Source: Camelus dromedarius (Eukaryota). From it: DNA of 64,000 nt. Positions 39,608-52,674 of this stretch are shown here, piece after piece (the first letter of the stretch is position 1; every line of letters begins with the position of its first letter). A program made the position numbers and the translations under genes. The notes beneath the pieces are model-generated. The model did no database searches, was not told where the DNA came from, and was given only the letters and a program-made list of their open reading frames with translations. The stretch spans positions 61,568,001 to 61,632,000 of the forward strand of contig NC_087436.1 of NCBI RefSeq assembly GCF_036321535.1, given 5' to 3'.

Positions 39608-40056
39608 TGTATTAGTCCGGGTTTTTTCAGATAAATGAACTAATATTTATCATAAGGAATTGACTCACACGATTATGGAGCTTGAGAAGTCCAGACCCAG
39701 GAGAATTGATGGAATAGTTCCAGTCTGAGTTTTAAGGTCTGAGAACCAGGAGAGCTGACAGCGTAAGTTCCAGTCCGAGTCCAAGCTCTAAAGCAGAAAA
39801 AAGCCCAATGTTTCTGCTGGAAGACAGTCAGGCGGAGAGAAAAAAATTCTTTCTTACCAAGCCTTTTATTCTATTCAGGCCTTCAGTGGATTGAATTAGA
39901 CCATGTTGATGAGGGCAATATGCTTTACTCAGTCTATGGGTTCAAATGTTAATCTCATCCAAAAACACTCTCACAGACACACCCAGAATAATAGCTAACG
40001 AAAAACATGAGCACCTCACAGCATAGTGAAGTTGACACATAAAATTAACCATCACG
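39608..40056 (-). mobile_element. ERVL solo LTR, MLT2B-like
   Basis: tgtattagtccggg ... gttgacacataaaattaaccatcac; TSD gactt/gattt. Confidence 0.9.
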
Positions 40057-41329
40057 GATTTATTCTACAGTGGTCACTGGGTATATATTTTTTTGCAAAT
40101 GGAATATGAATAACATTAGAAAAGATAAGAGAGAATCAAAACTACACTGATTTCTGTTTATTAAAGGACTTTAGACATCTGTCGTTCTGATTTTTTTCAC
40201 CAGTTTCATGTGCACCAAAGGCCAAGAAGAACTGTACTTTCTTATGAAAGTAGTTGAGAGAGAAATCAGTGTGCTGTGTACAATGCAGTATTTTCAGCTT
40301 TTTATCCAATGTCATGTTCCCGACACAACTGAATCAGATATCCATTTCTCCACTTAGCCTCCATAGAAATACAGATCACCATGGTACCTAGTAACTTCAG
40401 ACAGTCCATAGATAACTGTAGACACATCAGGAGGTAATGGAAGCTGTTTCTATGATTATTAAATTAGAGTCCCCAGTGGTTAATCTTTTTGCCAAACTAT
40501 TGGTGTAAAAATAGTATCAGGGAAGAGATAATGGCAGGAGTTACTACTCTAACAAGCAACAATATGAAGCTGCTTCTCCAAATAATAACTTACATTTACT
40601 TAAACATTTACTTATGTCATATATTCAACACAGATTAATGAAACACTGGCTAGATTCAAAACACTGCAAAGTCCTGCAGGGGAGCATAAAAGATAAATAA
40701 AATATTCTGTCTTAGGATTTAGTAGAACTATAAGAAAAAATTAGCAAGAGGGTTGAAAAATTAAATATTAGGGCATCCTATCCAGTGTGAAGAATGAGAT
40801 GATGGAGGTTTGAGTAATTCTTGGAAGTCTAGGCAGGCAGTCCAAAAATGTCTGAAAATGGCAGTAGGGCTTGAGTCATAGTTATTTGAATGAGGAAAAT
40901 ATGTCCAGTATCTGACTGGGACTAAAGAAAGCAAAGAGAACAATGAAGAAATAGACCAATTACCAGAAGTAGAATTTCAGAATAGAACTGTATTTAGAAG
41001 AATTGAGGCACCTAATGTGAGAAATCAGACCTTTAGAATAAGGGCAGAGCCCATTCAGCAGAAATACAGAACTTTGTTGGGGTCTCATTAATAACAAGGG
41101 CAACATCATGCTTAGTTAAAAATGCTGTTGGTGTGAAGGTCCTTAGAGAGCACCCATTTTCGTTCATCTTTGGTCTCAGGATCTGAATACTCTGAGCTTT
41201 CAGGTACTTACTTCGTCTCAACTATGGAAAAGAGGAGAAATGTAAAATTAAGTTACAGCATAGGTCTTAACAGAAGTCAGGGGTCCCAGCCTCAAGAAGC
41301 CAAACTCCCATATACCATCACAGATCTGC

Positions 41330-41452
41330 TTTGGTGGTAGACAAGAGGGAGCACAGGCTCTATACTTGAATGAGCTGGGATTAGCACTTTTTGTTACTAA
41401 ATGGGTAATGAGCAAATCATTTAAGCTTCTCATCATTAGTTTTCTTATATTG
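41330..41452 (+). mobile_element. MIR fragment
   Basis: gagcaaatcatttaagcttctcatcattagttttcttat. Confidence 0.5.
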
Positions 41453-41464
41453 TAGTGTACGTAG

Positions 41465-42435
41465 GTTTGATCAGTTGCATTGATGCCCTTAATTTTTCAC
41501 TCTTCCCATTGTGGACAGGACATTCTGCCTTACTTCTTGACTTTGGAAATAGCCATGTGATTTTATTTCACCAATGAGATAGTATTACCAAACATGATGC
41601 AAATACAGTGTCCCAGGTATCTATTGCTGTACTAAAAACCACCCCCAAACATAATGTCTTGAAACAAAAATCATTTTATTTCTGTGGGTCAGCAATATGG
41701 GGTTGGCTGAGCTGGGTGGTTTTCTGCTGGTCTTTTCTGTGGTGGCTTGCTCAGATGCATTCATCTCGTGGCTTGATTTAGGGGCTGGCTTACTTACGAG
41801 TTCTCACCTGAGGTGACTGATCTCTGTACCATGTCGTCTTACCATCCTCCAGTAAGCTGTATAGAGAGTTTCTTCACATGGTAACCTGACTTTCCAAGCA
41901 GGAAAAAATAGAAGCTGCAAAGCCTCTTGGAGCCTAGGCTCAGAAGTTGAGCAACGTCACATTGACACATTCTGACAGTCAAAGCACGTCACAAGACCAT
42001 CCCAGATTCAAGAGTTAAGTAAATAAACACATTGCAAAAAGGCATTGTGTAAAGCGAAGGGAAGAATCATTGTGGCCTTCTTTGTAAACAACTGAACATG
42101 CAAAGGCATGAAAAGCACTTGCATTTGGGGCTTGCTACCTCTATCAAATCCTTCAGCTATATTTCTGGAGGATGAGATATATGGAACAGAGTTACACCAC
42201 TCATCATCCCTCCTATGCCAGGCTAGACTTCAGTCAGCTGATCCCCAGATATGAGTGAACCCAGTCAAGACCGACTAGTTGACACACAGTTGACTACAGA
42301 TGCATGAGTGAACCCATTTAAAACCCCAGAATCACCCAGTTCACCCAAAGACTCATGAGCAATAATAAATAGTTATTTTAAGCCACTGAGTTTTCTGTTG
42401 TTTTGTTATACAACATTATAGTGCTAGATTCTCAG
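41465..42435 (+). mobile_element. MaLR LTR (MLT1G-like) split by a second MLT1
   Basis: cttgactttggaaatagccatgtga on the left; aataaatagttattttaagccactgagtttt on the right. Confidence 0.7.
41609..42098 (-). mobile_element. Nested MaLR LTR (MLT1H-like)
   Basis: tgtcccaggtatctattgctgt...accacccccaaac...tctgtgggtcagcaat. Confidence 0.75.
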
Positions 42436-42560
42436 AGGAGTTTTTGTGTATGTATAGGGGTATGTATGTGCCTGCATGTGTATATGTAACAGACAAGGGA
42501 TCTTATCTGTTGTGATTAAGAATCAGCATAGTGCCTGGCATACAAGATGGTCAGTAAATA

Positions 42561-43486
42561 CAGTTGACCCTTGAACAACATGGGTTTGAACTGCATAGGT
42601 CTACTTACATGTGAATTATTTTCAATAATTACACTGGAAAAAATTTTGGAGATTAGAAACAATTTGAAAAAAACTTTCAGACAAACCATGTAGCCTAGAA
42701 ATAACAACAAAATTAAGAAAAAATTAGGTATGTCATGAATGCATAAAATATACCTAGATACTAGTCTACCTTTACATAAGCATAAGATGTGTGATATTAT
42801 TAAATTAATAATGCATTAATTTTCTTACTGTTCTATCATCAAAAGTATGTGGGTTTTTTTTTAAGTAACAGTATTTCTAATACTGTAGTATGAATATGAC
42901 ATGGTATTCCATAAAAATTTTATAACAATCCATTAGTGTACAGGCTAGGCAACTATGAAGCTATCGTACTGATTACACTAGGCTACTGTAAAGCAATCAG
43001 ATTGCTACTTTGTTGTCAATGCATGAATCGTTATACCTGTAAATAAATATAAATTTATTTTTCAAATTGACTTTTCATTTTTGATGTCTAGTATTAGTAA
43101 TATGTATTACAGTATTTTGCATTATATAAGGCAACATTGATGTAGGTACTGACAGAAAATTCATCTTGTAAACAGAGCATGTAAACTTAGGTTATTGATA
43201 AATACAGCATACTACTATAAATGTATTTTTTCTGCCTTATGATTTTGCAATAATATGTTTTTTCTCTAGCTTACAGTACTGTAACAATGCACTATATAAT
43301 GCAAAGAATGTGTTACACATACAAGGTATGTTGTTAATTGACCATTTACGTGATTGGTAAGGATTTTGGTGAACAGTAGTCTACTAGGACTTAAAGGTTT
43401 GGGGAAATCAAAAGTTATACTCAAATTTTTGACCACGAGGCAGGGAAGTTGATGCCCCTAATCCTATGTTGTTTAAGGGTCACATG
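42561..43486. mobile_element. Tigger2-family (TcMar) non-autonomous DNA transposon, ~0.93 kb
   Basis: Left TA plus TIR cagttgacccttgaacaacatggg; right TIR cctatgttgtttaagggtcacatg; inserted in an L2-like tail. Confidence 0.9.
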
Positions 43487-44179
43487 TGGTCACTGAATGG
43501 GTAGATTTAGATGCTAATAAATATTAGCAGCGAGGTCTCAAAGTTGTATTGAAGAGTCTATGTCAGTAGAATGTCATGTAAATCCTAACTCTGGATGATT
43601 GTAGATACATTTCTTTTTCTCAAAAACTTGAGTTTTCTTTTGTGAATATATTGAGCTAAGACTGATTACTTTTATTGCACAGCATAAGTCAATGGTTTTC
43701 TCTGGAGAAGCCAGAAAAGCAGTGCCCTTTAAGAAGCTTCTCTAACCTAGAGCAAATCTACTGAACATCATCTAAGCTCTATTTTAAATGATCAGGGAAA
43801 AAAAAAAAAAAAGGATCAAAGAGTGATCAGCTTATTTTAATCACTTTTCTGACTAATGCATAAATCTTTGTTTGGTTACTACTATATTTTAGAGTAAGAT
43901 ATTTTTTCTCTGGAAACTATATGTCCAGACAAGTAAAATTTTACAAAATGAGCAGACTATAACAAGCACCCTCTTTTGTGAGAGACTACTCCCAATGGCA
44001 CATAAAGAGTCAGAATTTGCTTTTGGTGGACTGACTTCTCTCTAGTTGCTGTATTGCAAACAATTTGTCTAGAAGGCAATCTTTAAGACTAAGTGGGCAC
44101 AATTTTACCATATTTTAATGCATTATATGTTTAGGGTTTAGGTTATTGTTTTTCAAATCTTTTATGTTTTCCATACTTA

Positions 44180-44638
44180 ATTTGAAAAAAAAGAGAAAAG
44201 GAAAGAAAGAAAGCAGAAAGAAAGAAAAGAAAAAAATTTATAAGCTAAAAAATCTAAATGTAAAGTAATTGATTGGTCTCATCGTGAAGCTCTGTGGTTG
44301 TTTTGATCCTGTTGTTGTAATGGTTGGTGTTTGCTCACAATGCTGCACATTTGTGAAGAGAGAGAAATCAGAAAGAAAAGAAAGAAGGAAGGAAGGACAG
44401 GAGGAAAGAATGAAGGGAAGGAGAAAGGGAGGGAAGCAGAGAGAGAAAAAGGAGAAAGCGAAAGAGAAAACACCATCTCCAGCTCTCCAGCAAGGCATTC
44501 AATCACCTCTGAATGGTATTTCAAATATTTTTTTCTTCCTTTCTTTTCCTTTCCTTCTTCTTTCCTTCCTTCTTTATTTCTTTGTTTCTTTGATTGTTTC
44601 TTTCTTTCTTTCCTTCCTTTTTTTTTTTCTTCTTTTTG
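44180..44638. repeat. Low-complexity purine tracts (44180-44235, 44355-44470) and pyrimidine tract (44528-44638)
   Basis: Seen directly. Confidence 0.9.
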
Positions 44639-45074
44639 GTACAGTATAATAGTAATGCAACTATTAGCCTTGTGTAATTTTGCAGAAGTAAACCTTTGGG
44701 CAGGAGAAGAGAAGTAGATGACTGGCTTGAGGCATTAAAGAGTGAATAGGCCTTAGTGACTAAAATCTAGGTATTCTTGTTGCCAAGATATGTTGTCAGA
44801 TGACAAGAGCTTAATCTCTCTTGTGAGGGTAACAAATGGATTGGTGGATCAACAGTTATTGATAGTTTAGGCATACAGCCAGATTCCCAGAACAGCAGGA
44901 AATTTATTTCTAGTAAGACCTGCATCATAAATAGGCAATGTTGCTGTTATCGTTATTACTAATAAGTGACAGAAATAGAAAAACATGTTTTCAAAAAGTC
45001 TAACTAAAACAGAATGGCATTCTCATTAGCAAAATATTAGCTTCTCAGGTTTGTTGTTGCTGATTGATGAGAGA

Positions 45075-45260
45075 AGAAATGAGGCAGGAAATTGGGAGGA
45101 GTTGATTCTTAACCTGTTCACATTACTGACTAGTCAGTTAACTGACCTTGGGCAAGTGCCCCAACCCCTCTGAACTTCAGATTTTTAAATCTGAACTACT
45201 TCTCCTAATAATACTGCATTGACAAAAGTTCTGTGGAAAGTAGTATACAGGGTAAGATTT
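45075..45260 (+). mobile_element. MIR SINE
   Basis: tgaccttgggcaagtgccccaacccctctgaacttcag is the MIR core. Confidence 0.75.
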
Positions 45261-45569
45261 CATTTTTGCCGCCTTGCCGGCAGTAATAATTGGACTTTAG
45301 AAACAAGAAAGAAAGTGCATACTTATGAAGTCCCATATAAAGGTATATATATATTTTTTAGTTGCTGTTCATTAGATTCTTCAAATTAAATTGTTTTTAA
45401 TATAAATAATGATATTAATTTTATCACTCATCATGGTTCCTTATATTGCATTCTCAATATCAGAAGGTTTTCTTCAAAGTTTAGAATCATTCCTGGATAT
45501 TAACAGAACAAAAATTGAGTATCTGCTCTGTGGAGTGGGCTATTCTAAAAAGAATGCTACATTCTAATT

Positions 45570-45785
45570 AATTAATTGCATTATTGTTTGTTGAGCACAA
45601 ATTGACACTGTGCAGGGAACTTTTCACATGTAATATTGATATTTTTACAGTAATTATGCAAGGCTACAATACTATTATTATTATTAATTTACAGATAAAA
45701 TGACCTTGTGTATACAGAATTTTTAACTGACTTGCCCAATATCCTAAAGGAGCTAGACATGTCTTCCAGTTATGTCAGACTGTTT
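45570..45785 (-). mobile_element. MIR SINE
   Basis: tttgttgagcac...aatttacagataaaa...taactgacttgcccaa. Confidence 0.6.
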
Positions 45786-46109
45786 CCAATATATAGCTTG
45801 TACCTATAAGGAACATAGAATCTAGCAAGAGAGAAAAATACAAATGTAACTGTTATAATAATTTAAGAGAGAGAGTGATAAATACCATAAAATCAAAACA
45901 GAAAAAAAATGTGAAGAGATATTGACAATAATAGAGATTGCCTCTACTTATAAGGATTTTGAAAGAGCTAATATTTGGGAAGGATCCTGAAAGGAGTTTG
46001 GAATATTAAAATGCAGAAATAGAAATCCATTTTAACTAGCAGAAACTTGATGACAAGTCTATGAAGATAGAAATAAGGTGTATTTGGGTAATTCTGAATG
46101 TTCATTTCC

Positions 46110-47238
46110 TTTTTGTGTTTTTAAACACATGACCTCAGTTCTGGCTTAGGTGGGGTTTCAGATACCTGGAGTGAGACTTGTTGTCATGAAATGAAAAGTG
46201 GAGAACCGAGGCAAGTTTTAACTTTGAATGTGCAAAAAAATGATTTTGCAGCAAAGGCAGTATCTTTTGAAAACAACTGGAATTTCCAGATTCATTTATC
46301 ACCCATTGAACACCTCAAGAACTAGAAGGATTTAAATCAAGTTTTTTCCATAAGGTAGTGAAGATGATCTTTCTCCTAGAGTAGCCAGACTATAAGATTT
46401 ACTCTTATAGAGGATGAAACATTTGATATGGAGGAAGAAAAATAAAATCTTTCATGCTAATTTGGTGGGCATCTGAAGAAAGAGAAAAGGGAAGGCAGAC
46501 ATGTTTTAGTAAGTAAAATAGCACTGATTAGGGGTGAATGGGGCTTTTTCCAATGGTCCTCATTGAGATCTTGGGAAAGAGCATTCCTTGCAGACTATCC
46601 TGTACTAATCTGCTACATAGCCAGTTGTGATGCCCTGGGTTCTCGAATGCCATATACCAAACAAGATGTTGCCAAGGTGCTTCCTGGTAAGTTTCCAGAG
46701 GGAAAATTGTAGCAGGGGCAAAGTGACTCATTTGTAGGTTTTTCTAACCAGGGAACCAAGTTCATATGAGTCATAGTAAGATCTCAGAGGAGTTTAAAGT
46801 ACTGGGAGGGTCAGAGATGAGGTTTAATTAGCCAGAGTGTACCACCAAGCTCTACTAGTTCAAGACCAGATTATGAGCTGTATCAGTATTGGGTGCCATC
46901 AGGTGAACTAAGGTCCTGAAGACTAGGAAAGCCTAACAATTCTGAGTCAGTCTCTAACATGAAGTTGCTTAAGCCGTATCTCTCTTTCCATATACTCAGA
47001 AGCTACCATGAAAAGGACCTGAGAAGGGGCATGGAAGACTGAGGCATCTGAGAGACCTAGCACTTTTTCCTGAGAGTCTGAATTTAATCCAAAGAAAATC
47101 TGTAACAGTTACTTATTTTCCACGTTACAATAGGTTCAGGTTTAGGAGAAAGACTACATTTGTGGTAGACAGAAGTAAAGAAGTTGCATTTTCTCTGTGA
47201 ATCTGAGTTATATGAGTTCAGTTTGTAATCCTACTACA
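46110..47238 (+). mobile_element. Long ancient LTR (LTR78-like)
   Basis: 3' end agtaaagaagttgcattttctctgtgaatctgag...tttgtaatcctactaca resembles LTR78; 5' boundary approximate. Confidence 0.55.
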
Positions 47239-47249
47239 CTAAAATGTGA

Positions 47250-47400
47250 AGGAGCCATTATTCTCATTTTTGGATCAGAAAATAAGATTTGGAATAGCTA
47301 TAATTTGACCAAAGTACAGAACAAGAAGAGGATGAGGCAAGACTTGAGTTGGATATTCTGATTCCCTAAGTCTTGCTTTTATCATAAAACCATGAAATAA
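47250..47400 (-). mobile_element. MIR SINE
   Basis: attattctcatttttggatcagaaaataag...ttgaccaaagtacaga. Confidence 0.55.
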
Positions 47401-49061
47401 TAGGAAATAGCAAATAACCTTGTTTGGATGGACTACAAGAAGCATGGCTAGGAATTAAAAATGTAATTTCCTATCTTGGCCAAACCATGAAATAGTGTTC
47501 TTAGGAATTATGAGAACCAAGAAGATGTTTTTGAAACCCAAACCAACTTAGATCTGGGTGATAATCATAGGAAAACAGTGAAGGGTGTGTACACCTATTC
47601 TACAGTATTATATACCTATTATATCATGGTACATATTCCATAGGTGATACATAATGACAATAATATTAAAATGTAAAATAAGTAATGTTCAACTTATTAC
47701 TCTTTCTCACGATGACTAATTGGATCAGTGAACCATTTAAAATATTTTTCCCCAATGACCATTTGTTTCTGGTGCTATAAGTATTTATCATAATTTTACA
47801 TATTCCAAAGACTGTTAAGAATGAGGATATTAGTTCCTGTACTAGGAATGGAGTCTAGATGCAAGTAGGGTAAGTTATCGGGATAATTTATCTAAATCTA
47901 TTGTTAATATGTCAATTTTTTAGAAGTATTTTCTTAAGAATATCAGTAGGTTATGCCTAAAAATTGCACATTTTTACTGATTTTATTCATAGCATAAAGA
48001 AATTTAAACTATAGGATTATTTTCCTGTATTTAAAATTAGTATCTGAGACATTCTGATTAATTTTCATAAATAGAACACTCATTTTAGGCATGGAAAAGG
48101 GGAAATGAACTTACCACATTCTAAACCAGCATTATTTGTGGATAAATAGGCCTATTTTGGATTTTCACACAGTTCCTCCCTCTTTATGTTCTTCACCCTC
48201 GATTCACCCTCAGTTTACTCATGTAAACTTTTGAATTGTAATACTGATAAACGTATTTTCAGTATACCTTTTTGAGTTCAATGAAGGCACTAGTTGATAA
48301 GGTGTGATAATTTTAATAGCTATTGTATATAAAAAGAGATGGAAAGTTGCAAAGTCTTAGGGAATGAGTTTTGGTTTATTGGCATATGAATAGAAATGTT
48401 TTATTTGAAAGAACGTTTAACAGGAGTCCCTAAAGATGGGAAAGGGAAGAAAAGGAAAAGCGAATATCCCAGAATATTTGAGCCTTTCTGGTTCTGGAGA
48501 AATAAAGGGCCCAGTGTGCCTAGGTAATGGCTGACATTTTAATAAGTTTATTTAAAGACAGTTTATTTAAAGGCCTTTATTTTTCTTTCTGACTGTATCT
48601 ATAATTTCATAGTAAGACAAGGAAGGAGAAATATTCTTAGTAAACACTTGACATTTACTAAGACTACATCAACAAATGTTTAATGACTATTTTTGTGAAC
48701 TTTTTATACATGATGTAGCATAAATTACTTGAGACCTAGAACAGTACCTGGAAAATAGAAGACACGTAATGAATATTTATTTAATGACTATTTCATAAGA
48801 GCTATTGCATTTGCATTGATAGGTAGAGATTGGCAATGCAGTATTACGAATCATAGGTTAAGTCAGACTCAATCTCTAAGTGACTTGATACTCAAATTCA
48901 TGTCTCAGTAAGTTTAAAAATTACCACATCTCAGAGTCCCTAATAGCCTCTAAAGTATAATTGTAACTATGAGGATTAGACTTTTCATAAACCCATCACT
49001 ATGATGTACTTTAAGAAGATAAGTGGATGAAACAGAATAGTTTTTTGTTTTGTTTTGTTTT

Positions 49062-49258
49062 TAAAGCTATGGATTTTGGAATCCCAGAGATCTGAATTTG
49101 AATGCCACTTATGTGACTTAGCTATATTATTTAACCTGTTTAAATATCCAGTTTATCATCTGTAAAGGAGAAATAATAACATATCCTTTAAAAATGGTCG
49201 TGAGAATTAAATGAAATAACCCACATATATCATCGGAACTCAGTAAATGTCAGTTCTG
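49062..49258 (+). mobile_element. MIR SINE
   Basis: cagtttatcatctgtaaaggagaaataataac...gtgagaattaaatgaaataa. Confidence 0.8.
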
Positions 49259-49274
49259 GTCTATCATCTGTTAA

Positions 49275-50640
49275 TCAAATCTGCCACATCGTAAAGCTGC
49301 AAATAGTTGCATTTCTATACACGTATATACATTCAAGTAAACCACCACTCAGATCAAAGTATATATTTGCACCACCCGGTATGTACCTTCATGCTTGCTC
49401 TCAGTTGGTATACACTATAGGATAACTGTGATTTTAATCTCTAGCATCATAGATTAGCTTTTCCTACTTTGAACTTCACATTAATTAAACATAATATATG
49501 TGTTTGTTTCCGGCTTCTTTAGTTCAATCTTACAGGTGTGAGATATATCCTTGCTTTTGTCTGTAGCAACAGTTCATTTTTTTCCCATTGCTTTGACAGT
49601 TTTCATTTGTTCATTCTACTATTGTTGGGCATTTGGATTGTTTCCAGCTTTTGATTTTTGTACATAACACTGCCATGAACATTCATAAGTTTTGTATATG
49701 TCATTCCACTGTCAAAAGCACTCATTTCTTCTTGAGCTATATTTAAATCTGCAGTTATAGGATGTGTGTTTATATGTGTGTGATTATAACAGGTACTGTC
49801 AAACTGGTTTCCAAAGTATATGTACCAATTTACAGCCCCATCAGAAATGTATTAGTATTCCTTGATATCAGTCAGTGCTGGTATTGTGAATAAAATTAAA
49901 AATATATTTCTATGTGAAAATATAGCCATTCCTGTGGGGATGTTATGTGAAAATATAGCCATTCCTGTGGGGATGTTATGTCTCATTGTGATTTCAGTTT
50001 ACATTTCTGTGATGACTAATGATGCTGAATATCTTCTCATATGCTTATTTTCCATTTACCTTTCATTCTGAGTGATGTTTCCTTTCAATTTTTGGTCACT
50101 TAAAAAATTAGATTGTAGGATTCTGAGTTTAAGTCTTTTGCTGTACCTAAATAGTGGGAATATCTTTTCTCAGTCTGTAGCTTGCCATTTCATTCTCTTG
50201 TTGTATTTTTGATGACAGAATTTTTTAATTCAACATTTTTTCTTTTATAGTTAGTGGTTTTGCAGCCTGTTTAAGAAATTATGCCTATCTACGGTCAAAA
50301 AGATTTTTTTTTAAATCTTTTCATCTAGAAGCTTTTTGTTTTATTTTTCTCATTTAGGATTATGATCTGTCTCAAATTACTTTTGCATATGGTGTGAGGT
50401 AAGGGTCAATTTTATTTTTTCCTTTGTGGCTATTTACTGGACCAGCACAATTATTCAAAAGACTGCTCTTTCAGTCTGAATTGCAGTAGTATTTTGTTGT
50501 AAATCAGGTGAACATGTATGTGTAGGTCTATTTCTGGATTTTATATTCTGTTCCATTACTTTCTTTGTGAACACAATTTTATTATAATTTTGTTCATATT
50601 TGGTATCAGTTGCAGTATTTGTGATTTTATATTCTTCAAT
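49275..50640 (-). mobile_element. Ancient L1M (L1MD/ME-like) 3' region
   Basis: ttgggcatttggattgtttccag; atttctgtgatgactaatgatgctgaatatctt; antisense translation EQNIKSRNRPTH resembles L1 ORF2-region sequence. Confidence 0.85.
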
Positions 50641-52674
50641 GAAATAAGACAAACATTTATAATTTTGGAACCATTGGGTAGTAAAATTATTCTTTCTCTT
50701 AAATGCATGAGTTGTTTGCTGTCAAGCCCTACTTAATTTTCTATACATAATCACAAATTCAGAATCAAAAGGTATTTTTCTACATTGGTTTCAAGTGTTA
50801 ATTTATCAATATTCATTTTTATAGGATTTGAATTTCTAGTTCAATCTATAATGTGTTATTTGTTTATCCATTCATGCATTCATGTTTGAGGACATGCTGC
50901 TTTGTTTTCAGCACTAGTTAGTGCTGGGATGACCCACTTATCAGTTCAGATACTGCATATGACATGCATATGCATATGCTATTGGTTTGGACTGAATAGA
51001 ACCAGAATCTAAGAGGGGTGAACAAAACAGGTAAAGGTAGGAATGGGTAGATTGAGGAATGGGGAATGGAATTTGGGGGTAGGGTCTATGGTCCACAGTA
51101 GAAACTAAAATTTGCATTATGAGTAATTCCTGGCCATAGAAACACTAAAAAATAATATCTATGGGTTTTGATTCTTAGGAATTTTTTTAAGAAAGACCTC
51201 TTGATACATACTGACTGACTTTAATGTTCCAATATTCCATTTAAAATAAATTATTAACTACGTATTATTTAGACAGAAGATTTTTCTTTTAGAGCATGTC
51301 TGAATCTGATGTACTCTCACAGAAAAAATAATAATAAAGCTACTCAAAATACTATTAAAAATGTATTGCAAGTAAGAGCTGTGTTTTCTTTTCCCATTTT
51401 TAAAAAAAGAAAATACACGTTATTTGATGATGGATTCAGTTTGCTTTGAGTAGTCTTTTATCATACATTTCAAAAGGGAGTTTTCTTTGAAGCACATCTT
51501 TGCTGATACATAAAAACACAAGTTGGCTAAAGCCGACAAGTTTGCTATAGTGACTTGTTCTGGAATATAGGAAGAAATAGGAGCCTTTCTCAATTTCAAC
51601 GAACAGCTACCAAAATCTGCCTCCTATTTTTTACTATAGTGTTGAACATTACACTTTTTCCTCCTGAGGTAGCATTAAAATCGATCATTTTCTTATTAAA
51701 TTCACAGAGTATGTTTCAACAGTATTGCATTTAGCCTCCAAAGAGCAAAACTGGGAGGGAGGCTAAATGTGAATCATAAAACTCTTGTTTATCAATAAAA
51801 ACATTGAGTAGATGGCAAAGGCAATGGCAAAGGCCAATAAGAGTTGACATGTGGTGGTCATTGATTCTATATAATATTCTGAAGGTTTCTTTTTCACATT
51901 CTTCTTTCCAAAGAAAGTAAAAGAAAAAAAAAAACAGACAGGATTTCAGTTAGTATTTTGAATAAGTTGCATAGGTACTTAAAGGACAAAACTCAACAAT
52001 AGCTTAGTCTTCATAAAATAGGTCATTACCACTGTTCTAAAATAGCATAGTAATAAACAACAACAACAACAACAAAATATATCAGCTAGCCAACTAACTA
52101 GCTGATAGCTGTTACCTTGGTTTAAAAAGTCTGATAGGTTTTTAAAGATATAAATGAGACGATTCCTTGTTATTTATTTCAGTGTACCAGAGTTTGTTAA
52201 CTTTGTAATTATGTCATTTTCACCAGTTCATCCTACTTCAGCATATTGCAGGAAGATTTTTAATGCAATTAGTTTGGTTTGAATATAGCAACTAGAGCAT
52301 AATACTGAGAATATTGCTACCCTTAAATCTTCTGTTCTCAGGGAATATATCTTCTCCTTCCAAATCTTTTAGCTCTCCCATCACTGCTGGTCAAACAAAC
52401 ATATTTCACAGTAGTGTCTGGTGGAATCTAGATTTAAAAAAAAAGAGATAGTTTACTGTAAATATGTATTTACATGCAATATAATGTGTATGTGCAGTCA
52501 AACTGTAATAATTCTACATAATAAAACTAAAAAAGGGAAAAATGACTCTCTAAATTGAAAAAAAAACAGAAGATAATTCAAATATTAAATAAATCTATTA
52601 TATAGCACCTTAAAAAAAAGTTTCTATTCCTGGACAAGTAAATTTTAATCTGCATTAGGGGATCACAAAAGACA

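Noticed and set aside
44238..44717. Four overlapping ORFs of 81-128 aa
   Set aside because: Produced by stop-poor low-complexity purine and pyrimidine tracts.
50954..50980. Palindromic (GCATAT)-like run
   Set aside because: Short simple repeat with no further structure.
52080..52107. 10-bp perfect hairpin TATCAGCTAG-N8-CTAGCTGATA
   Set aside because: About one such stem is expected by chance in 64 kb; no other support.
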